Shown: positions 1-14,831 of the stretch, one piece after another | Layout: each line of letters starts with the position of its first letter | How positions within the stretch are numbered: position 1 is the first letter of the stretch | Assembly (NCBI RefSeq): GCF_006345805.1 | Contig: NC_042998.1 | Location: 148,924,001 to 148,988,000 of the forward strand | Origin: Octopus sinensis | Taxonomy: Eukaryota | DNA: 64,000 nt | Direction: 5' to 3' | Made by a program: the position numbers and the translations under genes | Notes under the pieces: model-generated | Databases searched by the model: none | Told to the model about the DNA's origin: nothing | The model's input: only the letters and a program-made list of their open reading frames with translations

Positions 1-147
1 AAGTTGATTATATCGACTCCAGTGCGTAACTGCTACTTAATTTATCGACCCCGAAAGGATGAAAGGCAAAGTCGACCTCGGCGGAATTTGAACTCAGAAC
101 GTAACGGCAGATGAAATACGGCTACGCATTTCGCCCGGCGTAGCAAC
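1..147 (-). mobile_element. tRNA-derived SINE, family A (partial)
   Basis: Reverse complement reads ...CGCCGGGCGAAATG...GTTCTGAGTTCAAATTCCGCCGAGGTCGACTTTGCCTTTCATCCTTTCGGGGTCGATAAATTAAGTAGCAG, with a B-box-like GAGTTCAAAT. About 10 similar copies occur in the window. The central part resembles the Meta/MESC SINE domain (from memory). Confidence 0.85.
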
Positions 148-319
148 CAAATCTTCCTCATTAAATGAATCAACGGAATAAAACATATTAAATATAGTTT
201 TAGACACCATCTAATAAAATGTTACAGTCACGGTTGGAATGTCTTTGGTGATGAATGCGGCGAAAGACGAAACACAATTGCATTGATCTCAACTTTCACA
301 GCCATGATGGCTGCTCCAA

Positions 320-324
320 AGTCC

Positions 325-355
<31 letters not shown>

Positions 356-730
356 GACACCACTGCTACCGTCATCAACGTTAGAACTGCCATTATCTAC
401 TGGCATCGCAACTAATACCACTACTATTGCCTGTAACTACCACCAGTACTACCACTGTCACCATCACCCTTATCAGTACTATCACCACAGCGACTGCCAC
501 CTCTTCTATTACCATCACTAACACTACTACCACCACTACTTTCACAAACACCATACAAACCACCTCAACAACGCCACCATCATTACCAACATCACTATCA
601 ACGCAACTACATCACCACTACCTCAACTACAACAATCATTAGCACCACCACCAACACCACCAACACCCCTACCACCACCACTAACACCATCGCCACCATC
701 ATCACCACCTCCACGACGACGACGACGACG

Positions 731-762
<32 letters not shown>

Positions 763-2170
763 CACCAATACCACAATCAACACCACCATCGTCATCATCA
801 TCATCACCATCATCATTATCATCAGTAGTAGTACCATTGTCATCATCGTCGCCACAACTACCACTACCATCTTTATCACTCACACCACCTTTCCACCCGG
901 CTCCCCTCTCCAAAGCCATCCAGCCAACCAGCCAACCAGCCAAACACTGTCGTCACGTCATCACATCTGTCAGAAATGAGGTTTTTGCTTATTTTTTTTT
1001 ACTTCATTTATTTCCTTTCCCCACCCCCTCACATCGCGTCACCTCCACAACACCACTAACTCCACATCCCATCACACTCTTCTCACGTCTCCTTCCTACC
1101 CTTTTACCGTTCTTCAAACCCTCCCCCAATCATTTCCATCTTCACCTCCTTGCACATACCATCCTCCACACCCCCGTAACGTCAAAACCTCTCGAGTAGC
1201 TGCCCCTCACCATTAAAACCCACCACCAACTCCACCAACAATTATTACTGTCTACCGTAAGTCTCCACACCCGTCCTCCCACCGCAATCCGTAACGATGG
1301 TCAGCCCCCCCTTTCCTCATACACTCGTTCCCCCTCCCTCAACATTCTACTAAACTACCTCAACCCTAACCCCGTCACACATCTCTGTACATTCTCCTCT
1401 TGCCCCTATCTATCCTCCATATTACAAAACTCCTTCGTTCTTTTTCGGTTTCTTCTTTATCTTCATCTATCTTTTCTTCCTTTTTGTTCCATCCTTACCA
1501 ATATTTCCACAGTTAGCACCATTTTCTCTACCAGCCTAACTCTACCACCACCACTACCACCGCCATCATCCCCACCATCACCACCATCTCAATGCTACCT
1601 CTACTCTTCCTAAGTCCTCCTACCACTCTTCGCCACAGCACTTACCCCAATCTTTCCGTTTTGGTAACCCCTTCCTCACTCCTTATTCATCCCCACCACC
1701 ATCACCATCCCCACCACCAGTATTTCAGTCTGTCCAGTCCTCCATCATCCTCCACCGCTCCCATTTCTCCATTCTGGTTCTTCTACACCACTCACTCCGC
1801 CACCAATCTTCTTGTTTCCCACCCCTCCTCACAGCCACCGCCTCTACCAGTCGCTGCCAAACACAACTCATTCCACCACCGTTACCCAACTTCCTTTGCG
1901 TCCCGCTCTTCCGTCTGACCCTTCCATTCACATTCACCTCCACCCCCATAACCGCCAAACAACCCACCTCCTTCCTCATCGCCCCCTTTTATGCCGGAAT
2001 ACCCTGCCACACCACAACACACGCTCCTTCTCCTCTCACTAGCGCCATTACCATAACCACCCCTCCTCTTTACACGCTTTTCCGCCTCCTCAACCCACTA
2101 CCCACCCCACAACTGTCTGCACCCCCTCTCCTCACCGCCATTCGCTGCCTACCCATCCATCACCCCAACC
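320..2170. repeat. Degenerate C-rich (CAC/CAT/CAA) low-complexity tract
   Basis: Imperfect trinucleotide runs with strong C-over-G strand skew. Overlapping His/Thr/Val/Met-rich ORFs appear in several frames. Confidence 0.85.
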
Positions 2171-2229
2171 AGTCGGCCGTATCTCTCTCCCTAAAGTTCC
2201 TTACTAATTAATTTATCTTCGTTTAACAG

Positions 2230-2385
2230 GGAACGCCGCCGGAAAGACGCAGCCTCGATCTGAAATTCTTCCGCTTCAACCACAGACGACAAGATGGCGC
2301 TAACTCATCGCCCCACCGCACACCACTTTACACTTCTTCCTCTCTAAATATTTCCATTTTCACGTCTAGTCTCTCTACTCTCTGA
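2230..2385 (+). CDS. Possible terminal coding exon (unidentified)
   Basis: Branch-like TACTAAT, then TTTATCTTCGTTTAACAG|G acceptor. Phase-0 frame GTPPERRSLDLKFFRFNHRRQDGANSS... ends at TGA 2383-2385. No homologue recognised. Confidence 0.2.
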   Translation, partial: GTPPERRSLDLKFFRFNHRRQDGANSSPHRTPLYTSSSLNISIFTSSLSTL

Positions 2386-2397
2386 CAAACGTACACA

Positions 2398-2437
<40 letters not shown>

Positions 2438-2562
2438 CTCTCTCACTTTTAACTTCTTTCTCTCTTTCACTGTCTCTATCTTTCTCCTTCTGTGTTTCCT
2501 TTTTCTTCTTAGATTTATCAATTCTTCTTTCTTGAGACTCCCAGTTCTCTGTATCATTCTCA

Positions 2563-2659
<97 letters not shown>

Positions 2660-2871
2660 ATTAACTAGCTAACTAATTACCTACCTAACATCCAGTGCTA
2701 TGATTTTTCTTAATATCACGTGACTGCGTGACCGTGGCAACAAGGCTGAAACGCATAAATGAATACATATATAATGGGAAGCTTTATGAAAATAGACAAA
2801 AGACGAAGGCAGGTGGGAAACAAACAAACAATTGTATTAGTATGGCGCTCAGGAAATATAAATAAAACAAG

Positions 2872-2909
2872 TCTTTAACGTTTCGAGCCTACGCTCTTCA
2901 ACAGAAAGA
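2872..2909 (-). ncRNA. Minimal type I hammerhead-like motif, non-canonical core (CUGUUGA), in a Penelope-like tail
   Basis: Minus strand: TCTTT CTGTTGA A GAGC GTAG GCTC GAAA CG TT AAAGA. Helix I is 5 bp, helix II 4 bp, and helix III is the palindrome ACGT. Confidence 0.6.
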
Positions 2910-2916
2910 TACACAG

Positions 2917-3013
<97 letters not shown>

Positions 3014-3026
3014 GTAAATAATATTT

Positions 3027-3098
<72 letters not shown>

Positions 3099-3300
3099 GC
3101 ATATACGAGTACAGGACATCACCAACGGTGCAAATACCATGAAATACGTAAACAAACGAGTTAAATAGTAAACAACGAGAAAAAATACAAAATAGGACAA
3201 GTAAACACAGAAAAAGACCCTTCATCAGTTGTCGGCTGTCTATCAACTCCTCATTTCGAGCATTCAACGTCAATATGAGTCTTCAAAGACAGTTACTCCC

Positions 3301-3367
<67 letters not shown>

Positions 3368-3506
3368 ATATATATATATATATATAAATATACAAAAGTA
3401 AGCACATAAATGCAAAACAAGGTGGAAAAAAATCATACTCGAATACCGGAGGTAGAGTAATACGCTTTTTTTTTTTTATTAAAGCTGCAAAAACATCACA
3501 AAAAAG

Positions 3507-3544
3507 CTACTACTCAGAGTTTCATGTTTCTAACTCTCAGACTA
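3507..3544 (-). ncRNA. Degenerate hammerhead-like motif (same family as 60979-61016)
   Basis: Minus strand: GT CTGAGAG TTAGAAACAT GAAA CTC T GAG TA GTAG CTTTTTGTG. The downstream flank matches that of the 60979 copy. Confidence 0.4.
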
Positions 3545-6380
3545 TTCAAAGGATCCTTAAGTTTCCAAATCTTTCTTTTCCAGACTGGTGTGCTTCTGAA
3601 GTCTAAAGACGTATGTTTGAAGAAAGGATGATAAATGGAATAGCAAATGACGGAATGGACACCACGCCCAGAAAAAAATATATATAATATAATACATATG
3701 TATATTTGTGTGTATGTGTGTTTGTACGCGTGTACACATATATGTCACGTTTTTTACCCCATTCTCCATTTGACACCCACTTTTCCATGCTTGCATAGGT
3801 CAGACTAAATTCGGTGAAGGCAGAATTTTGCTACCGGATACCCTTTTTGTTGCCATTACTGACCAGTTTCTGTGCAAGGTAATATTTGTTCGTAGATAGA
3901 CATCTTTACGGAAGATTAGAACTGAAAGGCATCACTTGTATGACGGTGATGCTCATTTACAACTACCGCGCACTTCCAAGATAATGTCACACAAGTACAT
4001 GCCTCCATGTGCATGTACACACACACACGTGTGCCTATACGCATAAATATGTCTGCGTTTATGTTTACACCTGTCCTTTTATGCCACATACGTTAGTGGT
4101 TCGATAAATACAGATGGTTAAAATAAGAACTTGTGGTTACGTTGTTCCGTGATGGCCAGCGTCCAGTGTAAAAGTACAGAAAATATGGGGTAGAAAAAGA
4201 AATATATATATCGCGCAGAGAAGTCGTGAGGAGAAAGAGGGGGTCTTTTTTTAAGGCTTCAGAGAATAAAATAGAGACGGAATATGTGAATGCACATACG
4301 AGGCAGAGAGAAACATATTCATACACGTGAGTTAAAAAATGATAGGAAACAGGAAGAGAGAAATCAAGGTTAAAAAGGGAAGAAAGAAAATTAGAGTTAA
4401 AAGAGTGGGAGGAAAGAATATAATGCGGGGCTGGAGCGTAAATCCTAACAGTACACGAAATAAAAGGAAATACAAATTCAATGAACAAGTCAGATTCAAA
4501 AAGTTCTTATTCCATTTATTCAAAATAGATTCATAATTACCAGAATATGTAGATTTTGTAAGAAATACTTTTGAACAATAGCTTACAGCAAGAGTTTGAC
4601 AAGAAGATGTGAGTTAGGTTGGAAAAATAATTGAAGTACTTCAAAGGACTTTAAATAAGTTTTCAAACATTTCAAAGGAATTTCACCAATAGGTAGAATA
4701 AATTTTTGTAAAATGTAATTATTTTTGTGGCCATATTTCGAAATAAGTGGGTTTTTTTTTTAAAGTTGAACAAGTTGCATGGAGATATTTCTCAAAGTGC
4801 ACAGGCAGCGAGAGTCACATCGTCCAGAATAGGGCTTCATATAACTGAACATTGTAACGTATCTTAGATATTCCAATATTACTATATTTCAGTCACCTGA
4901 CACATTACGATAAAGAAGTAGTATTTCTTTTATGCCGGTATCTAAAAAAATAGGTAGGTTAGGTGCACCGCCTCTTAAAAGTACGTTCCGACAGTTAATT
5001 GGGTTCTGCCAAATGCACTTTAGTATATTATACGAAGTTCTTACGTATGTAACACCAGGTAGGCATAAGCAAATGCTGGCGCGATTACTTTGGTGCTGAG
5101 AATATAAAGGAAGATCGTGACTATATATTTTTAGATTAATATCGGAGATGAAATTGTTTATAAATTATAGATACAACTATAACTAACTTTCACTGAATTA
5201 TTATTAAATGGTCTTATGGTAGCTGTAAACACTATATAGGATTTTGAAAGGTTTTTGCTATTTCAGTTAGCAAACACGAGCTGAAAAGAGAACTGTATAA
5301 AAAAAATATTACATTTTCACAACTGTTTTAGGTTAGGAATATGTTGTCTTTCTTAGTGCAATCCACTCTATTTCAGGCTGTTGCTGTAATAAGACAATGA
5401 CGACTTCGCGTGATGAAATGCAGAATGTACGAAAGTTTGTAATTTATTAATAAATTCATTTCTATTCTTTTAAGGACAGTGCTTATCTGTAATTAAGTCT
5501 AACAATAAATAAACTTTCATGTATACCGATAATAGATCAATTTTAAATCTGAATTTATACTCTTTACAGATGCTAGGAAAGACTTTGCTGAATTTATCAA
5601 ACTGAAGGTTGCTTATGTTGCAGAAAAGTAACAAAACATCAATGAGTGAGATGTAACTCAGACACACATTCACACGCGCGCGCGCACACACGCACACATA
5701 TACAAACATGTATGCGCGTGCGTGCGCGTATGCGTATGCGTGCGCGTATGCGTGTGTGTGTCTGTATATATGAACGTATGTATGAATATGAGTGTGTGTA
5801 TGTGTATAACTCTATAACCCTATCCCATAACAACAGGAAATAGCTCATCACCAGTTCGTTTGATCCGAATGACCGTCTTATAAAATAAAAACTTCCTAGT
5901 ATTTACAATAATAGTCATATTTTTACATCTTAAATTTAATACTGAAAACTTTTGAATCGTAGAATCATTACATATATAAAACTAGTTTCAACCAAATTGC
6001 ATATTATTGTAAATTTTGGTCGTACTGAAAATCGGTAACACGATATCGGTAATACATGCTCGCGCCTACACGCCTACACGCATATACAGATATACACATA
6101 TTATCTTCGTTGTATTCAATCTTGTCGAAGTGAATTACTTTCAGGTTTGTTACTCAATACATACAGATGTTGAGTTGTATATTCTTTATTCAAGACTTGC
6201 ATCAGCGATCGTTTCGACATGCAAGGTTATTATCAAGAGACAATTGATAATACCATGTAATCTAAAACGATCGTAGGACAAAATCTTAAATGAAAGTATA
6301 TAAACGTTTTGTGTATGCGTGAGTGTGCGTGTGTATGAGTGTTTTTATATTTGTGCATGAGAGAAAGAGAGAGAGAGAGA

Positions 6381-6428
<48 letters not shown>

Positions 6429-7259
6429 GAGAGGCGGAAGGATAGACAGAGTTGTGTGAGTGAAAGATTGGAAACGACCTTTTTTTATTTATGTTTTTGA
6501 GGAAATTTTACATAATTTTTCGTCCTTTAAGGGATCTTTGTTTTAAAAAATTTTCTCGACTCAGCAAGGATTTCGATCCGTCGTGGTCTCATCATTTTGA
6601 TGAACTGCTTGTTGCTATCATTTTATGTAAACGGTGCCGATAGGATTATTCTTTTGTTTATAATGACATACCTGCAGGATTGCAACTGTTTACCATTGAC
6701 ATCAGCATTTTTTGAAGAGTCGGAATAACACGTTCGGCTAAATGTGAATGAGCCGAACGTGAGAAGGTTAATTTCAAGCGACCAACAAGTCAGAATGTTG
6801 AAAGCTTAAAGTACCGAATACTCAATATATCGAATTTGGAAATATTCTGGCGATAAATATAAAAATGGGCTTTAAAACAATCTATTTACAGTTTTAAAAG
6901 AAGACTTTATTCCAAAAGCATTTTGTAACATATCTAATTTTATTTTTACTATGCTACATTAAAAATAACTATTTTAGAAGAAAAAAACATCTTAAAAGCG
7001 TTTATTTCCTATTTCTACGTATTTACTCTTCTTATTACAGGTTATGGGAAGACATGAAAAATAGTCTTAAAAAGTTATTTTTTAACAGAAATGAAATATA
7101 TTTAGGCATTTCAAGACACAACGTTGGGTTAAATTAAAATAAAAATGCATAATTTCTGTGCTACTAATGCATAGAAAAAATGAATGAGCTAGTATCCTGA
7201 CAGATCGCTTCAACGAATGTTGACAGCCCTACAAGGAAGTATCTATGTCTGTCTGTATT

Positions 7260-7334
<75 letters not shown>

Positions 7335-8339
7335 CCTAAAACGAACATATATCTATACATACAAAAATGCAAGGAAGCCGTATTTTCATTCTACCAAATC
7401 CACTCACAAAGCTTTGATAGGCCCGGGGCCTATCAAAGACACTTGATAGACTCTTGCCCAAGGTGTCACGCAATGGGACTGAACCCACAGGATCTTTGTA
7501 GCTTTCGATACTGTTTACAATTTTGTTCCAACTGTTTTCAAATTTGGTATATGGATTAAGTTTTATATACTAATTATGAAAATGAAATTCATTTTTTCAA
7601 TAAATCTATAATTATGAAGTTATCAGCCTTTAAAATTTGCAAACTTGGCTATTTTAGCCACTCAGAAGTGAGTCTTTTACACATCACAGTGGGGAAAAGC
7701 TCTGTTTTGACTGTTATTTCTAGCAACTCCAACTCCATTCGTGTATATTTTAATGTTTTGACTGTTATTTCTAGCAATGTTTTGACATACCGATGCCCTA
7801 CCTCTGATGATGGAAGAGGCAGCGAACGCGCTGTTTTCTAATTGGTTGAAAATTCTGAAAATTATCAAACTTTGAACATTTGTTACATTTTTGCAAAAAA
7901 TTTCTTGAATAACAAATTCGGATTCAGCGTCAAAAGTTACATCTTTATGATACATTAAAATCATTTTTTTAAAAGATAATTATAAACAGTGACGAAAACC
8001 ACAAAGATCCAACCCATAACCATATGATGGGGAAGCGGTTTATCACACAGCCACGTCTATATATATATATGTGTGTGTGTGTGTGAGTGTGTATGTGTGT
8101 GTGGGTGTATGTGTGTGTGATCACGTGACCGACCAGGCTTTTAGATGTTGTTGCACATCGCTAGTTACATTGCGTTTTTGCATTCTTTTAGCCTTCAAAT
8201 GACGTCACCCCGCTAGCAAGGCGAGCAGGCCAACGATCTCCACTGACTGGAGCAACGTGAAATGAACGTGAGTGCAACAGGCTAACCACTAGGTTACGCG
8301 CCTTCACATACACACACAAACACATATTCCTTTTTTTTT

Positions 8340-8569
8340 TTACTTGTTTCAGTCATTTGATTGCGGCCATGCTGGAGCACCACCTTTAGTCGAATAAATC
8401 GACCCCAGGACTTATTCTTTGTAAGCCTAGTACTTATTCTATCGATATCTTGTGCTGAACCTCTAAGTTACGGGGACGTAAACACACCAACCTCAGTTCT
8501 CAAGCGATGGTGCGGCGACAAACATAGACACAAACAACAAACACATAAATACATACATACATACATACA

Positions 8570-8605
<36 letters not shown>

Positions 8606-8767
8606 TATATACGACGAGCGGCTTTCAGTTTCCGTCTACCAAATCCACTCACAAGGCTTTGGTCTGCCCGAGGCTATAGTAGAAGACACTTGCCCAAGGT
8701 GCCACGCAGTGGGACTGAACCTGGAATGTAGTTGGGAAGCAAGCTTCTTACCACACAGCCACTCCTG
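8340..8767 (-). mobile_element. tRNA-derived CORE-like SINE, family B, full length with internal microsatellite
   Basis: Head GGAGTGGCTGTGTGGTAAG...GGTTCAGTCCCACTGCGTGGCACCTTGGGCAAG (CORE-like CCTTGGGCAAG), a (TACA)n/(TA)n spacer, and a tail ending ...ACTGAAACAAGTAAAA. Same layout as 36683-37062. Confidence 0.85.
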
Positions 8768-9091
8768 TACATTTACATACATACGTATGCATAAATAAAT
8801 GTGTGTGTGTGCGTATATATATATATATATAATATATATATATTCACACATATATTTCCAAGTAAGTTTATATGAATATATATATTACACACACATGATA
8901 CGACATTTGTGTGTGAGAGAGAAAGTGCGCGTAGAGTTGTGTGTGTGTGGTAGCCCTCTGTTTACAAGCTGCAAAATATGGAAGTGTGGCCAGTAAATGG
9001 CGCATATATCTACATGTACACACACACACACACACACCCATACACACACACACACATATATATATATACATACATATACGTATATATATAT

Positions 9092-9138
<47 letters not shown>

Positions 9139-9335
9139 ACACACAGACACACACACGTACATGCGCCCGCGCACATACACACACATACATATATATATGT
9201 ATGCAATTATATATATATATATATATATATGTGCATGCATATAGTATATATGTAAGTATGTATGTATGTATCTATGTATATATATAAGTTAGTGTGTGTG
9301 CGTGTGTGTGTATGTGTGTGTGTGTGTGTGTGTAT

Positions 9336-9370
<35 letters not shown>

Positions 9371-9494
9371 CTATGTCTTTGAAGCTGTTCTTTTATATTT
9401 CGATTATACATGTGTGTAAGTATGCTTGCGTGTGATTTATGTGGATGTATATTATAGTTGCGTTTGTGTGCGCGCGCGTCTGTGTGTGTGTATG

Positions 9495-9527
<33 letters not shown>

Positions 9528-9801
9528 TTGTAATGTGTGCGGTTGTGACATTCAAGGAATGTTTTTTCAATTTGCTCTTTTATTGCGGAATGTGAAGGTA
9601 TGGAAGTGGTGGGGTTGGGCAGCGGCGCTCTAAGGAAAGGTTGAGCAGAATGAGCCAGAATCTGTTTTCGGCTTCGCTATAGTTTTTCTTCATATTTTCT
9701 CTCCTTCTTTGTTCTTTTCCCTTCTCATTGCATATATGTATGTGTGCGTATATATAAATATAAATATATATATATATAATATTATATATAATATATATAT
9801 A

Positions 9802-9842
<41 letters not shown>

Positions 9843-9955
9843 CATATACATAGACACACATATATATATGTATGCATATATATATACCTATATATATATG
9901 TATATACACATATAAGTACTGTGTGGTTTGTAAAACTATGTAAGGACATTATTGC

Positions 9956-9987
<32 letters not shown>

Positions 9988-10307
9988 CATGCATCTATAT
10001 ATGTATATTATGTATACATATATGTATGTGTCTGTGTATCTGTTTGTGTGTGTAATACGAGAGAGAGAGAGAGAGAAAGCGAGAGAGAGAGAGTCGGAAA
10101 CAGAGAGAGAGAGAGATCGCTATTGTGTTTCACATTGTTACCCTTATTAATCCTGTTTTTGGTTTTTGTTGTTGTCTTATCGTTATTGGTTTTGTGCATT
10201 TAAAAAAAAAATTCTTTATTGTTTTTAGTTTGTTTTCTTTTTATACATTATTGCTTTTCTGCTTATACAAACACATATAGATATACATACATACTTACAT
10301 ACGTGCT

Positions 10308-10357
<50 letters not shown>

Positions 10358-10398
10358 TACATATAAGCATATATATATATATATATATGTATTAGTAG

Positions 10399-10487
<89 letters not shown>

Positions 10488-10763
10488 ATCTATCTCTATA
10501 TATATATATATCATCATATGTATATATATGTTTAAGCGCGTGTGTGTATGTGTATGCGTGTGTGTGTATGTGTGTGTCCATAATATATGTGTACTTGTGT
10601 TCGTGTTTGTTGGCTGCTGTTTGTTCTGGTTGTGCAAATATTGTTTTCTTTGGTTTATTTTTTATATTCTTTTATTTTCTTTATATTCCCTCCTTCTGAT
10701 ATTGTTTTTAGTCTTTTTCATCTTGTTGGGGTGGTATTTCTCATACATATGCATAAGAATCTA

Positions 10764-10821
<58 letters not shown>

Positions 10822-10896
10822 ATATATTTATTATAGATATATATATATATATATATATAATTATATATATATATATATATTATATATATATATATA

Positions 10897-11008
<112 letters not shown>

Positions 11009-11249
11009 ACATATTCCTGAGTGTGCGTCTGTGCGCATGAGCGTAGGTTGTGTTTTTTGAAGGATAAGGTCATTCATGTTCTAAGAAAGTGCTCAATAGC
11101 TGATTAGAGCTGAATATATAAATGTATTTCAATAATTGCTTACAGAGTAAAAAGCCTGTTTTGATCAATTCAGTCACCTCTGAGCTACAGACTTGGAATA
11201 TCAGCATGGACTTCAAAATGACGTGAATAATGAGAAAGAAAAAAAAAAA

Positions 11250-12350
11250 GCATTATATTCGCAGATCTTGCAGTTTAATTTTTGTATCTGGAAGTGGGTT
11301 TGAAAAGATCAGGTTCATCGGGGAGTGTTCAAATGTCGCTCGACCACTGAAATAAATACAGAAATCAAAAATACGAATTCGTTCAAATCTACGCTTACGC
11401 TTGCTTTCAGCACGGCCAGTGCGAATTATTTTTGTAAGCCACATGAGAATCATTTCACACCACAACGCAAATATGAAATTTTCGAGAACAATTTTAATAA
11501 AATATCTTACTCAAGTATACCCAACTTTGCCTACCACCTATCAACTGAGTCTACAATCACTTCACAATCACAATCACTGCTAATCTAATAATTGTCCATT
11601 AAAATTCAAACTGTATAACGAACAATAAAGAATATCCTTGATTGCCGACTGTACGGACCAACCTTTCATTTAGTACGTAATTCAATCCAACTTCTAATCC
11701 TTTCAAGTTAAGCTTCACTTAACAGTGTTAGACGTTCTGTAACCGACTCAGAGCTAAAATGACATTTCGCTCTGCAAGTGGATCTAGAATCATTGAAGCT
11801 ACCGAAAATTTTTACGTAAGCTGAATCCATCTGTTTTAATGCATTTTCTACAAATACTTTTGTTTTCCGTTTCTCACTTAGCATCTGTTCCCAGAAACAG
11901 AAGATTTTATACAATATTTTACCTACTCTAACAGTAGCTTCAAACATTCTTAAGTTATAATAAATTTTAAATTAAAGTTCTCTTATTTTTCTAAAATATT
12001 TCTACATAATGTCGTTCAAATATATATTTCCTCCTCACAAATGTTTTCTTCTATTCTCAAGGCTCTTTGTTTAACAAAATTTCATTTTTTTTTCAACAAA
12101 CTTCTTTTCCAACGTGTATATTTTTAAAATACCTTTTACCTTCGCACGTCCCTTATCTCCTGTATTCACATTAAAATTACTCCCCTTTAATATGAACTTG
12201 AAACTTCCATGATTTTGGCAGTTACTCTCTAAACTTATACATTTAACACCCTTTCCATCTTTGTCTTTTCTTGTTCATTAATTTCTTTTCGTTGTTTCCT
12301 TTAGTAGTCGTTTCATATTAACGTTGTTTTAGTCTAAGTTTTCATCCTAA
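11250..12350 (-). mobile_element. Heavily decayed hAT-like DNA transposase remnant
   Basis: Stop- and frameshift-riddled minus-strand translation gives IELRTK*, GYSLL, IVRY, DCDCEVIV and LRC...ALAV in the order expected for hAT (LxRTKC, YSLxxDEST, IVRY, CDAxxI, RCxCHSLxLAV). Read by eye. Confidence 0.45.
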
Positions 12351-12619
12351 AATATAGATTTTTAATTTCTAGACTAGTTCCAAGATCAAAACGATCGAAA
12401 GTGATTTATAAACCTGTAAACATTTTTTTCCACAAATCAAAAACAAAATGTATTTTCATTTTAAAATTCTTCTCACATTTAGGATTACTAATATTAAATG
12501 TTATTTCAGTCTTACCAATTCCTGTTATGCATAAAATATATATTGAAGCAAAAAATTAAGCTATCCATTATAATTTATGACGCATCATATATATATATAT
12601 AATATATATATATATATAT

Positions 12620-12661
<42 letters not shown>

Positions 12662-12703
12662 ATATATATATATATATATATTATATAATATATATATATA
12701 TAT

Positions 12704-12750
<47 letters not shown>

Positions 12751-13008
12751 CATATATTATATATATGCATATTTATATGTATGTATATATACATATATAT
12801 CTATCTCTATATATTATATATATCTATCTATCTATCTGTTAACGCTTTCGCGTTCAGACGAGTGTACTGGCATGGATGTGGCAACATTTGAAATGTTGTT
12901 GAGGTTTATGCAGCTGATGATGACAAGTCAAATATACGTTGGCAGACGTATTTTGGAGAGTTTGAAACCGGTCCTGCATTATCCGTTTCTAGGTTTTTCA
13001 TTTTTCAG

Positions 13009-13023
13009 ATGTTCTTCCTAGAG
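13009..13023 (+). CDS. Possible 15-nt micro-exon
   Basis: TTTTTCATTTTTCAG|ATGTTCTTCCTAGAG|GTAAGA. Frame-preserving and open in phase 0 (MFFLE) and phase 2 (xVLPR). Confidence 0.25.
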
Positions 13024-13479
13024 GTAAGATAATTTTTTTCATGTTTGTTGCACACACGCGTCTTTACTAGTACATACGCAGTGAAGCTATACATTAGCGT
13101 CGTATTTATTACGTTCGCTATTTTCCAGTAAATATCGGTGCTTCGTTGTGCCATTTATTTACTTTTATATGTATAATTTTACCCTTACGGGCTATCCATT
13201 ACTGGAAAGCAATACTCTCGTATTGCATTACTATTTTCATTATATATATTATATATATATATATATATATGCTGATTATACAAACAAATGAGTCTGCTTG
13301 AGTTTTGCCTGACAGCTGGCTGACCCTAACGCCTTTATAAAAATAATAAACCTATTTTATTTATGCCAACAGGCATATAGTTACATATGTTTTTATGTGC
13401 GTGTATATGTACACATACATACACACACACACGTTATTTGTTATATGTTTTATTGGTTTCAGCCAGAGGGTGGGTTCCC

Positions 13480-13830
13480 GTCTTTCAGTGTGATTGGGTT
13501 TCTTTTTTCTATTGTTTCTGGGGAAGTAGCCAGTTGGACGGAGCTGGTCCTCCTTGTGTTTCCAGCCGCAATGTCCGTTCAATTGAGTATCTCTTAGAAA
13601 TAAGTTCTTCAGACGTTTCTTGAAGACACTTATGTCTACACCTTGTACAAATCTCAGGCCTTGTACCTGTCTAGCAGTTCGGCAGAATGTTGAATAGTTG
13701 TTGACCCTTCAAGCCAAATCTACTACAGTACTGGGTCCTTATTCAAGATGTAGAATGATGGGAACTTTGCTACTATGTAGTGCCATCCAGTTCGGTGTTT
13801 GGTATATCTTTCAACTCCAAAGTTGAGAGG
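13480..13830 (-). mobile_element. Old 3'-end fragment of a CR1-group LINE
   Basis: Minus-strand translation includes FGLKGQQLFNILP and FKKRLKNLFL, typical of the post-RT C-terminus of this LINE type. Confidence 0.6.
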
Positions 13831-14099
13831 TAGTGAGTACATATGTGTATGTGCGTGTGCGTGTGTATATGTAAATATATATACTCACACATACTCACAC
13901 ACGCACATTTAATCGGTTATCTTTTCGTCGTATATATACATAAATATATACATATACATAAATATATACATATAAACATATGTAAGCACACACACACACA
14001 TACATACATACATACATACATACATACATACATACATACATACATACATACACATATATATACATACATACATACATACGTACATACATACACACACAC

Positions 14100-14130
<31 letters not shown>

Positions 14131-14532
14131 TATATCTTTACACATATGTTTATACATACGTATACACAGACACTGGCACACAGGTACACTGACATACGCA
14201 CGCGTACACCCCCCCCCCGCACACACACATGCATGTTTACATTTTGTAATCCTAATATTAGTACTATTTTCCATACTGTATTTGTTACAACAGTTTCTGC
14301 ATTATTTTTGCTGTTGTTGAAGCAGTTTTATTTTTTATGCATTTTTCCTTTTTTCTTTTTTTTTTATAACGAAACTAATTTCAAGCTGTTTGTTGTTTGC
14401 GTTTATTTTGTTGTTTATTATGGTTATTTAACTTTTTTTCTTATTCTTGTGCAGTTCTTGCTACTACAGTTAATGTTGTTTCTATTACTGTTCTTGTTAT
14501 TTTTACACCTCCTCCTCCATCACCATCACCAT

Positions 14533-14589
<57 letters not shown>

Positions 14590-14797
14590 TAAGGCGGTGA
14601 GCTGGCAGAATCGTCAGCACGCCGAGCAAAAGGCTTAGTGACATTTTGTCCGTCCTGATGTTCTGAGTTCAAATTCTGCCGCGGTCGACTTAACCTTTTA
14701 TCCTTCGGGGTCGATAAAATAAGTACCAGTTGTTCACTGGGGTCGATGTAATTAACTTACACTCCATTCAAAATTGCTGGCCTTGAGCCAAAATTTG

Positions 14798-14831
<34 letters not shown>

